A stretch of DNA of 64,000 bases from an archaeon (GTDB lineage Archaea > Asgardarchaeota > Thorarchaeia > Thorarchaeales > Thorarchaeaceae). Position numbers and translations under genes: made by a program. The notes under the pieces were generated by a model, which saw nothing but the letters and a program-made list of their open reading frames with translations, did not search any database and had not been told where the DNA came from. Location: assembly GCA_024276825.1 (NCBI GenBank), contig JAJRWI010000010.1, forward strand, positions 128,001 through 192,000. The letters run 5' to 3'. How positions within the stretch are numbered: position 1 is the stretch's first letter; each line of letters starts with the position of its first letter. This document shows positions 9,670 through 19,706 of this stretch, piece after piece.

Positions 9670-10854
9670 TCATGGGCCCTCCATCCATTGGTGATATCTT
9701 CGGACATCATCAGGAGATGCCATAGGGACTATCTTCTTGATTGCCCGTAGGAAGTCGTTCATACTCACAGGACGGACCTTCATCTCACCTTCAGTGCTGC
9801 TCTGACCCATTACTTCTCTTATTGGCCCCATTGCAGCTTCTCGGCAGACTATGCTCAGATCTCTTCCACTATACCATTCAGTTAGTCTGGCCAGTTCGGC
9901 ATAATCAACATCATCAGCGATTTCAACATCAGTCATATGTATACGCAGAATCTCAGCCCTCGCATTCTCATTTGGTAGGGGAACATAGATCTTTCTCTCA
10001 AATCTAGATAGTAATGCAAAATCAATCTCCCATGGAAGGTTTGTTGCTGCCACAAGGGTCACTCGTTCATTAGGAGAACTGTTTAGACCTTGTAGCTCAG
10101 TCAGCAGTTGAGTCTTCATGCGGCGCTCTCCGCCAACATCATCATTGGACCGTGTATTGCCGATGGAGTCAATCTCATCAATGAATATTATGGATGGCTG
10201 GTGTTTGCGGGCGAGCTCGAATAGTTTCATAACGAGACGTTCCGACTCACCAAGCCATTTACTGACTATATTGCCCGCTGAAACATTGAAGAATGTCGCA
10301 TTGATCTCTGATGCCACAGCTTTGACTAACAAGGTCTTTCCGGTACCGGCAGGACCATACAAGAGAATTCCACGCCATGGCTGACGGGCCTTCCCCTTGA
10401 ATAACTCGGGGTGTTTAATTGGAAAGACTATTGCCTCATAGATCGCCTGCTTGGCATCATCGAGCCCTGCGACCTCAGACATCTTGACTCCAGGACGTTC
10501 TCTTATGATTGTGTCTGCGACCATCTCGCTGAGAATTCTATCATCAGAGTCAACAGGAGATGAGTCTTGTTGTGTTGAGTCGGATTGTGACGGCAGAGCA
10601 CTGACCGAAGACTCATTATCCGTGGCAGGTCTTCTGGTTATAGCAATCACCCGCTCAACACATTCCTGTGCCCTATCATAGTATAATTGCCTGACTTTGG
10701 GTAGTGTTGAAACCCGGTAGAGTTTTAGCAGGACCTTGCTAGCGCTGATGTAGAGTCTGCAGGCCTCCTTTCTCAGACCCCTTCTATCAAGATCAATTGC
10801 TTTCTGCAGCAGGTCACGTAGACCTTCTTCTGCGTAATTATTAGGTCCTGCCAT
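9670..10854 (-). CDS. vps4: Vps4-like MIT-AAA ATPase
   Basis: N-terminal MIT helices; PWRGILLYGPAGTGKT, SKWLGESE, IFIDEID, ATNLPW. Confidence 0.92.
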   Translation of the reverse strand: MAGPNNYAEEGLRDLLQKAIDLDRRGLRKEACRLYISASKVLLKLYRVSTLPKVRQLYYDRAQECVERVIAITRRPATDNESSVSALPSQSDSTQQDSSPVDSDDRILSEMVADTIIRERPGVKMSEVAGLDDAKQAIYEAIVFPIKHPELFKGKARQPWRGILLYGPAGTGKTLLVKAVASEINATFFNVSAGNIVSKWLGESERLVMKLFELARKHQPSIIFIDEIDSIGNTRSNDDVGGERRMKTQLLTELQGLNSSPNERVTLVAATNLPWEIDFALLSRFERKIYVPLPNENARAEILRIHMTDVEIADDVDYAELARLTEWYSGRDLSIVCREAAMGPIREVMGQSSTEGEMKVRPVSMNDFLRAIKKIVPMASPDDVRRYHQWMEGP

Positions 10855-11013
10855 TTGAGCTCATACTCATCTCTATCATGCCTAATATTAACCTCTGTAA
10901 CACGAAACCACTAGAATGGCGGCCGCTCCTCATAATGCTTCATGTAATAACCTCATCTATCTTTATGGATCTATCAATGTGATACTCAGGTTTAAACAAT
11001 AGACAGAGAGATT

Positions 11014-11643
11014 ATGCTTGGAACGGTGAGACTCTTGGGCACAATACGCAAGGCCTTTATCTGGGGAAGAAGCAAGCCGAATATCAGTGAGATAAAGAGT
11101 AGATTAAGAATTCTAGTCAGACAGCTTCAAAGGCAAAAGATGAAGCTTGATAATGAGATCTCTGCGATCAAGGCATGTGCTGTGCGTGCCCGCAAGAACG
11201 GTGATATGGAGGCCTTCAGATCATATGCAGAAGAGCTTGTAAGGTTCAGACATCTGGCACTTTCAGTTGACAAATCTAGGCTATATCTGTTAAAGATTCT
11301 CAATCATATCCAGCAGGCTCAGACAACCGCAAAGACCTCATTAGTAATGGGAGAAGTTGGCAAAATACTTGGGATCCTTGGCGATGTGACTGATGTGTCA
11401 AGAGTTGTGGCAAATGTCGATGAGATTGCACGTAGGCTTGAGGAATTTGAGATAGAGAGGGGTATTGCAAGCACATCAATAGACTCGGCTACGAGCAGTA
11501 TTAGGCCAGATGAAGTAGCACGGACGATGGGTGAGATAGAGGCAATTGCAGGCATGTCGTCCGATAAGAGAATGTCAGCTGGTTCAGAAGCCGATTCACT
11601 TGAGGCCACAATAAGAGCTCTTGAACAAGAGCTCGATGTCTAG
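11014..11643 (+). CDS. ESCRT-III (Snf7-fold, Vps2/24/46-like)
   Basis: Basic N-terminal helical hairpin (A..ARKNGDMEAFRSYAEELVR), acidic C-terminal half, terminal MIM1-like DSLEATIRALEQEL; divergent from vps4. Confidence 0.85.
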   Translation: MLGTVRLLGTIRKAFIWGRSKPNISEIKSRLRILVRQLQRQKMKLDNEISAIKACAVRARKNGDMEAFRSYAEELVRFRHLALSVDKSRLYLLKILNHIQQAQTTAKTSLVMGEVGKILGILGDVTDVSRVVANVDEIARRLEEFEIERGIASTSIDSATSSIRPDEVARTMGEIEAIAGMSSDKRMSAGSEADSLEATIRALEQELDV

Positions 11644-11663
11644 AGATGAGTTATTGGTGATCT

Positions 11664-13232
11664 TTACCAATTGGAGTATTGGCCATGGGCAGATGCCCCA
11701 TTAATCTGATGACGAAGTTCGTAGAGTTCTCTCATGAGAATCCTGTGCCTTCTGGTGAAGTCTTCAGGAACAAGACGCCCCTCTCTGAACATGCGAACTG
11801 TGTCATCCAGTGCTATCTCAATCTCTGAGAGTTTACGTTGAATCTCTTCAATTCTATTGCTATCGTGATTGAGGTTTCCCATCATGAATCGATCAGAGCC
11901 AGTGGCAAATGTTCTGTCCAACTCCTGTTTGTAGGAGTATGGCGAGTAATCCTGTTGGTTATGCTCCATGAATGGACTTGTGGAATAATGTGGACCATCA
12001 AACATTACAGGATTTGGCGGTGGATATGAATGAGGGGATATTGTCTGAAACCGACCAGATAGTAGAGCATGAACAAGACTATCAATCTTGATTCGAACAT
12101 CCTCAATGTTAACGCTCTTCTGTTCGAGCTTACGCACCCGCTGAAGGTCCGTTTGAACATATCTACTAAAATTGCGTGCGATCTCGACAAAATCAGGCAT
12201 GACTTTCATTGTCTGCTCACTGCAGAGAATCTTGATCATGCCTTGTTTGAACCTCATCACTATGCGTTTTCTGAATCGTCCGTCTTCCTCAAATGATTTG
12301 AAGTATTGAAGTGGAAACTCGAACACAATATCGGTCTTCTTACGTACTCGGCCTGTTTCAGCTATGAATACCAGTCTTCGATTTGTGACGTATAGAGTGC
12401 CAAGTGCTTTATCATTCTTTAGAAAATCACTTCCAACAATGCGTATGTCTGAGAATGCACATACCGGGAGTTCGTTGACTGAGAGCTCGGCATACTCGTA
12501 AAATCCACAGAACTGATTGCGATAATAGTTCAGGCCATCAAGCTGGCGATCGATTTCTGCAATGACCTTTTGAATTGGTTCGATTGTGTCATTAATTGCT
12601 TTCTTGTACTGCTTGCATATCTCACTGACTCTATGAGCCACACCCTCGATGAATGGAAATTGAGAGGGCACCCATTGATTATGATTCATTAACCCCTTAG
12701 TTTCAGCAGCAAGGCGTTTTGCAATGATCTCGACCTGATTACTTATCCTGTTCTTGGCAGCAACAATATTCTCATGGCACTCCTCAATCTTGTCCTCCAG
12801 CCATTTATAGTGCAGAAAGCTTGACATCCTAAGAGAAACCAAGAGCTGCTTTGCAGAGTGAATCCGATTACTTGTTTCACGCAATTTGGTATGACCATAG
12901 TGAATCTCCATGATTGCATGACGCATCTCTTGTGCAAGGTCACGTCGTTTCTCTTCAATCAGTACTATACGGACTGAATGGCAGTTGGGGCAGATGTTGT
13001 CAATACGTTTGCCAGTACTAAGGCGATCTGACCCACACTCGGGGCATGATTCGAAGGTTTCGCCTGGCTCTGGGACTCCTAGGGAATGGTGGCAATTAGT
13101 GCACAAATAATACTCACTGTTTCGCGACTCCAGACAATCCACGCAGAGTATAGTTCCGCAGTCTTCACACATATGTGTGGCCCGGTTCTTATCACATATG
13201 CTGCATCGGGATGAGTTTGGATCAGCTGTCAT
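11664..13232 (-). CDS. B-box/Zn-ribbon, coiled-coil, GRAM/PH-like and C-terminal steadiness-box (Vps23/37-like) protein
   Basis: CSICDKNRATHMCEDCGTILCVDC; further CxxC pairs; GTLYVTNRRLVF; IEIALDDTVRMFREGRLVPEDFTRRHRILMRELYELR. Confidence 0.75.
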   Translation of the reverse strand: MTADPNSSRCSICDKNRATHMCEDCGTILCVDCLESRNSEYYLCTNCHHSLGVPEPGETFESCPECGSDRLSTGKRIDNICPNCHSVRIVLIEEKRRDLAQEMRHAIMEIHYGHTKLRETSNRIHSAKQLLVSLRMSSFLHYKWLEDKIEECHENIVAAKNRISNQVEIIAKRLAAETKGLMNHNQWVPSQFPFIEGVAHRVSEICKQYKKAINDTIEPIQKVIAEIDRQLDGLNYYRNQFCGFYEYAELSVNELPVCAFSDIRIVGSDFLKNDKALGTLYVTNRRLVFIAETGRVRKKTDIVFEFPLQYFKSFEEDGRFRKRIVMRFKQGMIKILCSEQTMKVMPDFVEIARNFSRYVQTDLQRVRKLEQKSVNIEDVRIKIDSLVHALLSGRFQTISPHSYPPPNPVMFDGPHYSTSPFMEHNQQDYSPYSYKQELDRTFATGSDRFMMGNLNHDSNRIEEIQRKLSEIEIALDDTVRMFREGRLVPEDFTRRHRILMRELYELRHQINGASAHGQYSNW

Positions 13233-13386
13233 TTAGAAGCCTCTCTGCAAGCCTGTGAGTCTATCTGGCATTTTACAGGTTTAATCCCGTGTATTACATG
13301 CGACTGACTTCTACTGACCAATAATAATGTGTGAATCAAATCAGTTATATTTGCAATCAAGAGGGGGAGCATGAGAGGCGAACTCG

Positions 13387-14772
13387 ATGGAAGATCTTAC
13401 ACACGCTGCAATTGAAGCTGCGTTGAAAGTCGGAGTTAGTTTTGTTGACATTCGAATTGAAAACACTGAGTCTACGATCATTGAAATAAGTGATGGGGTG
13501 ACTAAACAGTCAATTGAGTCAAGACTCAAGGGTGCCGGGATTCGAGCCTTTGTTGATGGAGCATGGGCGTTTGCACAGACCACAGACCTGACAATTGAGG
13601 GGATGCGAGCAACTGGGGAGTCTGTTGCAAAGCTTGCAATGGCCACACGAAAACAAGTCCGTGAGAAGTTCGATATTGATGGACCAACATTCAAGGATAA
13701 GGTGCATTTTAGAGTCAGAAAGCATCTGAAGGATGTGCCTTTTGATGACAAGATTGCATTTGCAATGATGATAGACAAGCAGGCACGCGAATATGACAGT
13801 AGAATAGTGAACACACGGACAATCTATGGGGACACATGGACCGAGTTATACATTGCTAATTCGTTGGGCACATCAATCTATATCGAAAACTCACTACCAA
13901 GAATCATCTCGTTCACCACAGCCAAGGATGGAACGAACAGACAAAGAGGATACAGGTCTGTGGGGGTGAGAGGAGGATTTGAGGAGATGGAGAGTGAAAA
14001 GCCCCAGCATATTGGAGAGGAGTCTGCCAAACTTGTGATCAGTCTTCTAGACTCAATAGCTGTGAAGGGCGGTACCTATGATGTCATTATGGATCCTGTT
14101 TTCAATGGCGTCATGGTTCATGAGGCCTTCGGTCATGCATGTGAGGCGGACAACTGGCCAGCCCATACAACAGTTTTGGAGGATAAGATTGGAGAACAGG
14201 TCGGTCCTGAAGAGATGAACCTGAGCGATGACCCCACACTCAAAGGGGAACGTGGCTCATTCGAGTATGATTGGGAGGGGACAAAAACAAGAAAACGCAT
14301 ACTCGTCAAAGACGGGGTCTTGAACGAACTCTTGCATAGTCTAGAAACATCATCAAGGTTGGGCATGGAGCCAAACGGTGCAGCCAGATGTCAGTCTTTC
14401 AAGTTTCCGCCAATACCAAGAATGAGTAACACCTTCATGGAGCCTGGCGACTGGGATGTTGATGAGATGATTCAAGACATGAAAAATGGAATACTGTTAT
14501 GTGACTTTAATTATGGCTATACGGAGCCTTCAAAGGGACAGTTTATGTTTCAGGCAAACTACGGATATCTGATAGAGAATGGCGAGAAGACAAGGATGGT
14601 GAGAGATGTTTCACTCGCAGGTCAGATTCTTGAGGTGCTGCCAAAAATCGATGCAATTGGAAATGACTTCCAGATGGACCCTGGGACCTGTGGCAAGTCG
14701 GGACAAGGAGTACCAGACATGACAGGAGGGCCACATGCAAGGATAAGAAATGTACCAGTAGGAGGAATGTGA
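13387..14772 (+). CDS. tldD: TldD metalloprotease subunit
   Basis: HEAFGHACEAD, PIPRMSNT, GTCGKSGQ. Confidence 0.92.
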   Translation: MEDLTHAAIEAALKVGVSFVDIRIENTESTIIEISDGVTKQSIESRLKGAGIRAFVDGAWAFAQTTDLTIEGMRATGESVAKLAMATRKQVREKFDIDGPTFKDKVHFRVRKHLKDVPFDDKIAFAMMIDKQAREYDSRIVNTRTIYGDTWTELYIANSLGTSIYIENSLPRIISFTTAKDGTNRQRGYRSVGVRGGFEEMESEKPQHIGEESAKLVISLLDSIAVKGGTYDVIMDPVFNGVMVHEAFGHACEADNWPAHTTVLEDKIGEQVGPEEMNLSDDPTLKGERGSFEYDWEGTKTRKRILVKDGVLNELLHSLETSSRLGMEPNGAARCQSFKFPPIPRMSNTFMEPGDWDVDEMIQDMKNGILLCDFNYGYTEPSKGQFMFQANYGYLIENGEKTRMVRDVSLAGQILEVLPKIDAIGNDFQMDPGTCGKSGQGVPDMTGGPHARIRNVPVGGM

Positions 14773-14773
14773 A

Positions 14774-16123
14774 ATGGAGAATCATCTACTTGAATTAGCC
14801 AACAAGGCACTTAGCACCGCAGAGAAACTTGGTGCACAGCAGGCGGAAGTGTATATTGCATTATCCCGTTCTTTCTCAATAGAGGTTGAAAACAGTTCTA
14901 TTAAAAGCGCCAGCGAAATTAGGGACGGAGGTTGTGGAATTCGCTCAATCATTGATAAAAAGATCGGGTTCGCTTTTGTCACAAATCTGAATGAGAAGGA
15001 CATTCTTGAGATGGCAGAGCGCTCAGTAAGCATTGCAAAATCATCTGTGGCTGACCCAAATTTTGTCACACTACCAAGTGCAAGCTCAAGATATCCCAGT
15101 GTCAAGGGCATTTTTGATCCTGCTATTGATAATATTGAATCGGAAGCAGCAACCAATCTCATTATCCGCACAGTTGAGGCAACAAAGAATGCCACCAAAG
15201 ACTTGAAGACCGCAGTTGAAGCCTCAATTTCAACAAGCACTTCAACAAGGGCGATAGTAAATTCTCTTGGAGTAGAGGGAATCCAGAAGGCCACATCCAT
15301 TGTGCTCTTCAGTTATCCCACAATCAAGACAGACAGCGATCAGAACTCCAGCTTCGAGTTCCAGGTGTCAAGACAATTGAAGACAATAGACCCTGAATGG
15401 GTTGGGACAAACGCTGGAAAGAATGCTGTTGCAAATCTTGGCGGAAATACAATAGAGGGTGGTGACTTGCCAATCATTCTCACACCACTCGCTGTCAGTG
15501 TTGTTCTCGGTTCAGGATTCGGAGGAGCCATTAATGCAGAAGAGGTTCAGCAAGGCCGGTCATATATTTCAGATGCACTTGGCGAAGAGATTGCCAGTCC
15601 CGCATTGCATATCGTTGATGATGGTCTAAGAGAGGGAGGAGTTGGTTCGAGAAACTTTGATGCTGAAGGATTTCCATCGAGAACCACAGAAGTCCTAGAA
15701 GATGGTATATTGAAGAGCTTGCTGCATAATTCATATACTGCCAACAAGGATAAGGTGGAGAACACTGGAAACGCCAGCAGACCGTCATATTCAGGACTGC
15801 CTTCGATATCAACCACAAATATGGTGATAAAGCCAGGCAAGGGGTCACTCGAAGACCTTGTTTCTGAGATTGACAAGGGAGTGCTTGTCAAAAACACATG
15901 GGACCGACCGAACATGACCACTGGTGATCTGAGTGCACTGGTTGCGGAGGGATTCTACATTGAGAATGGCTCGATAGCATTCCCTGTCAAGAGCACGCTT
16001 ATCGGAATAAACATGCGTGATGTTCTCAAGCGCGTCAGTATTGTAGGTGAGGATGTGAGAGTCACAAGCAGCGTAGTATCGCCATCAATTGTGCTAGAAT
16101 CAGCCAGAGTCACTTCGGGCTGA
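14774..16123 (+). CDS. pmbA: TldE/PmbA subunit
   Basis: FDAEG, TGNASR, no HExxH, adjacent to tldD. Confidence 0.9.
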   Translation: MENHLLELANKALSTAEKLGAQQAEVYIALSRSFSIEVENSSIKSASEIRDGGCGIRSIIDKKIGFAFVTNLNEKDILEMAERSVSIAKSSVADPNFVTLPSASSRYPSVKGIFDPAIDNIESEAATNLIIRTVEATKNATKDLKTAVEASISTSTSTRAIVNSLGVEGIQKATSIVLFSYPTIKTDSDQNSSFEFQVSRQLKTIDPEWVGTNAGKNAVANLGGNTIEGGDLPIILTPLAVSVVLGSGFGGAINAEEVQQGRSYISDALGEEIASPALHIVDDGLREGGVGSRNFDAEGFPSRTTEVLEDGILKSLLHNSYTANKDKVENTGNASRPSYSGLPSISTTNMVIKPGKGSLEDLVSEIDKGVLVKNTWDRPNMTTGDLSALVAEGFYIENGSIAFPVKSTLIGINMRDVLKRVSIVGEDVRVTSSVVSPSIVLESARVTSG

Positions 16124-18037
16124 TCACATTCTCTCTATAATTGGTACGCCGAGTAGTCGAAGGCCGTTCTCCATCGTCTGCCTGAATGCCTCGACTAGAT
16201 GAACTCGCGCCTTTCTCATCGGCTCATCAGCCTTGAGTATGGGAATTGTTTCGTATAACTTGCTAAACAGGGTGGCCAGTCTATAGCAGTAGGTCGTGAG
16301 CCTGTTAGAGCTAAAGCTGGTTCCCCATGCCTCCTTCTTCAGGCCAATCACAATCTCAAGGACCTCATTTGGAAACCTTGCAATTGCCTTTAGCAATTCA
16401 TATTCAGCATCAGAGGTGAGAACGGAGAGGTCCACATTCTCAGGACTGATCCCACCATCATATTTCTCAAGGATTCTCTTTGCACGTGCAATGGAGTATT
16501 GCAAGTAGGGACCTGCATCGCCATTGAAATCAAGGACCTCATGCCATCTGAAGGTTATCTTTCTATCGGGTGATGCATTTAATAATCGATATCGGACTGC
16601 CCCAATGCCAACACTCTCAGCCACTGCATCCTTGAACTCATCGCTCTCGTCGGGGTTTCTCATCTCGACCTCCTTTCGGGCCAGCTCCCTTGCTCTATCC
16701 AGCACATCATCACAGCTATACCCGACCCATGTGCCCTTTCTTCCTGAAAAACTCTCGTCCTCAAGTCCGACAAACTCGTAAGCAACATGGTGTGAGTTCT
16801 CACTCTCTTTGTGATAGCCCAGCAGGTAAAGAATGGTGTAAATCAACTTTTGAGGATGTGCCTGTGCGGAGCCGATGATATTGAATACTGCATTGAATTT
16901 TCCCCAGTCCTTCTTCTTGCCCTTCAACGATGTTCTGTATACAGGCTTGCCATTTGGCTGGTTCTCAAACACTTCATATAGGAATGGGTCATCGACAATT
17001 CCAAACTTCCACATCTGGAATGCCACATCAGCCCCCGTATAAGTCCTTGTACCATCAGATCTGAACAGGACCTTGTAAGGATCTTTCATGTCCTTGAACT
17101 CTTCAAGGGAGTCAAGCTTGGCAACAATGCAACCAGCCTTCTCGCCCCCCTCAAGTTTGACTATACTATCACAACTTAGGAGAATCTTCTTTACTTTATC
17201 CAGTAGCCCGCTGTGTGCAATTGTACTCTCCCACACCTGAACGTTGTGATATATTCCAAGACGATATGCCGTCTGACACTGAGCCTTCACGCAATTAGTC
17301 ACCATTTCCCTACTGACCGATGACTCCTCTGACTTGAGGTCCTCCAACCTTCTTGACACTTCACGTATCTCGCGTTCCACTTCAGGGTCAGTTTCAAACT
17401 TCTCTTGAACATCGACATAGAGGTGTCCCAAGAAATGGTCGTATTTCTTTCCATTTGGATCAATATCGTCCTTCATCAATTTCCATGTCAGTTGTGCAAT
17501 CTGGAGTCCAAGATCATTGATATAGTCGATCCGAAGAACATCGTATCCAACAGCTTCCAGAATATTGCAGAGTGTGTCACCAATTACTGCATTACGGGTA
17601 TGGCCAATATGCCAAGGCTTTGATGGATTCACAGCAGGAAACTCAACAAGTGCTCGCTTCCCTGCAAATACCCTGGATTTTCCATATTCGGATCTTTTCT
17701 TAAGTACCAGACCAATGACATCACTGGCAAGTCTAGACCTATTGAAGAAGACATTGATGTAAGGCCCCTTGGCCTCCACTCTATCAAACATGGGATTCTG
17801 ACTTGTCATCTCATTGAAACTCGCAGTCAACTCCTCAGCTATGACCTTTGGATTCTTCTTGAGGGTCTTGGCTAGGTTGAAGGCAATTGTTGAGGCCACA
17901 TCACCCAGTTTGAAGTCGGGAGGCGTTTCTAGAGTTGACTTGATAGTTTCTGTTGGCATATCTGCAATCTCAGACATCAGTTCAACCAAGACGGATATGT
18001 ACAGGTCCCATATGCTATCTGATTTGTTGGAGTTCAA
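16124..18037 (-). CDS. argS: Arginine--tRNA ligase
   Basis: NPSKPWHIGHTRN, FSGRKG, GPYLQYSIARAKRIL, C-terminal IERM. Confidence 0.95.
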   Translation of the reverse strand: MNSNKSDSIWDLYISVLVELMSEIADMPTETIKSTLETPPDFKLGDVASTIAFNLAKTLKKNPKVIAEELTASFNEMTSQNPMFDRVEAKGPYINVFFNRSRLASDVIGLVLKKRSEYGKSRVFAGKRALVEFPAVNPSKPWHIGHTRNAVIGDTLCNILEAVGYDVLRIDYINDLGLQIAQLTWKLMKDDIDPNGKKYDHFLGHLYVDVQEKFETDPEVEREIREVSRRLEDLKSEESSVSREMVTNCVKAQCQTAYRLGIYHNVQVWESTIAHSGLLDKVKKILLSCDSIVKLEGGEKAGCIVAKLDSLEEFKDMKDPYKVLFRSDGTRTYTGADVAFQMWKFGIVDDPFLYEVFENQPNGKPVYRTSLKGKKKDWGKFNAVFNIIGSAQAHPQKLIYTILYLLGYHKESENSHHVAYEFVGLEDESFSGRKGTWVGYSCDDVLDRARELARKEVEMRNPDESDEFKDAVAESVGIGAVRYRLLNASPDRKITFRWHEVLDFNGDAGPYLQYSIARAKRILEKYDGGISPENVDLSVLTSDAEYELLKAIARFPNEVLEIVIGLKKEAWGTSFSSNRLTTYCYRLATLFSKLYETIPILKADEPMRKARVHLVEAFRQTMENGLRLLGVPIIERM

Positions 18038-18195
18038 GGTTAGTCGAGTATTTAGTCCATAGATTTACTCATAAATGAAGCGTTGTTGTGAAGTCACAGG
18101 CACAGCAACATCAACAAAACAAATAATATTATAATTATCCAAATATATATTAAATCATCCGACAATCTCCAAACCCTTATAATGTTTTATTATAT

Positions 18196-19305
18196 GTGCA
18201 AAAATGTTCTCTGTTTGGAGAACTTGTTCGCAAGACCGCGTCCCGCATTGTCATACCCCCTTGCGCCAAGAGGAGTATGAACCTAGATACCTCAGAAGCT
18301 CTAACCGCAGTTCTATCCACTGAGGATAGTGATTGCAGGGAGATGATCGGACTGGCCAGCACACAAAAGACTCGGAAGCATCAAGAGCGAAGCCTTGGAA
18401 CGGCCAGCTATGTTTGTTCTGCTTGTGGATCCACAGAGATGTTTATTGACCATACAAGAGGAGAAGTCATCTGCTCAAGTTGTGGTCTTGTTCATTCTGA
18501 TAGATCTATTGACATGGGACCTGAATGGAGGGCTTTCACTAGTGATGAACAGAATGCCCGTCAGAGGGTGGGTGGCCCTCAGGATTGGAGTAAGTTTGAC
18601 CAAGGACTAACTACAGTGATTGGTCGTCAGAATGTAGATGCGTCTGGAAGAAAATTGAGTTCGACTAGGCGTGCAGAGATTCACAGGCTTCGAAAATGGC
18701 AGATACGTACCAAGGTTCACAGCTCTGATAAACGAAACCTTGCTGTGGCAATGACTGAGCTGCATCGAATTTCATCACAGCTTAGCATTCCCTATGCAAT
18801 TAGAGAGACCTCAGCAGTGATTTATCGAAAGGCACTCCGTAAACGACTCACACGTGGACGAACAATTCTCGGAATGATTGCAGCGTCCCTGTATCTTGCA
18901 TGCAGAGTACATTATGTGCCCAGGCCGCTTGAAGACATATGCGACCAGATACATATTACACGGAAAGAGCTAAGTCTCTGTGTAAGACTCATTCTGCGTT
19001 ATTTAAACCTGAAAATTCCTCAAGCCAACCCAATCGCATATGTACACAGGTTTGGAGCACAATTAGATCTTCCAGGTAAGGCCACCAAGGCGGCAATTGA
19101 CATCTTACAGGAGGCACAAAGACAAAGACTCACTATTGGCAAAGACCCAAAGGGCATGGCAGCAGCGGCAATTTATGTGGCTAGTATTCTTACTGGCGCG
19201 CGAAGAACACAGCTAGAGATTGCACGTACTGCAAGAGTCACTGAAGTCACAGTGAGGAATCGCTACAAAGAGATGGTGCAAAAACTCAACATCTCTACAA
19301 CCTGA
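18196..19305 (+). CDS. tfb: Transcription initiation factor IIB (true start probably 18277 or later)
   Basis: CSACGS...CSSCG zinc ribbon, GPEWRAF B-reader, two cyclin repeats, VTEVTVRNRYKE. Confidence 0.95.
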   Translation: MQKCSLFGELVRKTASRIVIPPCAKRSMNLDTSEALTAVLSTEDSDCREMIGLASTQKTRKHQERSLGTASYVCSACGSTEMFIDHTRGEVICSSCGLVHSDRSIDMGPEWRAFTSDEQNARQRVGGPQDWSKFDQGLTTVIGRQNVDASGRKLSSTRRAEIHRLRKWQIRTKVHSSDKRNLAVAMTELHRISSQLSIPYAIRETSAVIYRKALRKRLTRGRTILGMIAASLYLACRVHYVPRPLEDICDQIHITRKELSLCVRLILRYLNLKIPQANPIAYVHRFGAQLDLPGKATKAAIDILQEAQRQRLTIGKDPKGMAAAAIYVASILTGARRTQLEIARTARVTEVTVRNRYKEMVQKLNISTT

Positions 19306-19315
19306 TTCCAACAAG

Positions 19316-19349
19316 GGAGAGCTCCCCCACAGCTCTCCTCTCCTCTTTA
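19316..19349 (+). terminator. Hairpin plus pyrimidine run after tfb
   Basis: GGAGAGCT-CCCCCAC-AGCTCTCC then TCTCCTCTTT. Confidence 0.5.
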
Positions 19350-19385
19350 TTCAAATGATTTATCAATACAACCGGACAGAAGAAA

Positions 19386-19601
19386 ATGGAGCGAATGCTT
19401 ATGACAATCAAATGTTCGGAATGCAATGGTGATGATCTGTCAATGATCATTTTCGAGATGAATAGGAGGATGGCAGTAGTAGTATACTCTGCAATAAAAT
19501 GCAATAAATGCGGGATGGTATATCCCATTCAAGAGTTGGGCAAAGGCGGGAGAGGAATGGTCAATAAGGACATAGTGACCTCCATGCTCCGGGGCAAGTA
19601 G
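19386..19601 (+). CDS. Small zinc-finger protein
   Basis: CSEC...CNKCG. Confidence 0.6.
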   Translation: MERMLMTIKCSECNGDDLSMIIFEMNRRMAVVVYSAIKCNKCGMVYPIQELGKGGRGMVNKDIVTSMLRGK

Positions 19602-19706
19602 GAGGATTGGAGACATTATTTAGGTCATGGGCCATCTATACTGATGTCATCAGTAACTAGATTAATTTATTCTTAATAGAGGTTCATCCTTTAGAGTTAA
19701 GGGGTC

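Noticed and set aside
9960-10030. Vps4 inactivation because RRRF reads LSRF
   Set aside because: Walker A/B, pore loop and one arginine finger are intact, so there is not enough evidence for a dead enzyme.
18060-18195. Very AT-rich stretch as an origin or ncRNA
   Set aside because: It is explained as the divergent argS/tfb promoter region; no ORB-like repeats or adjacent cdc6/orc1 gene were seen.
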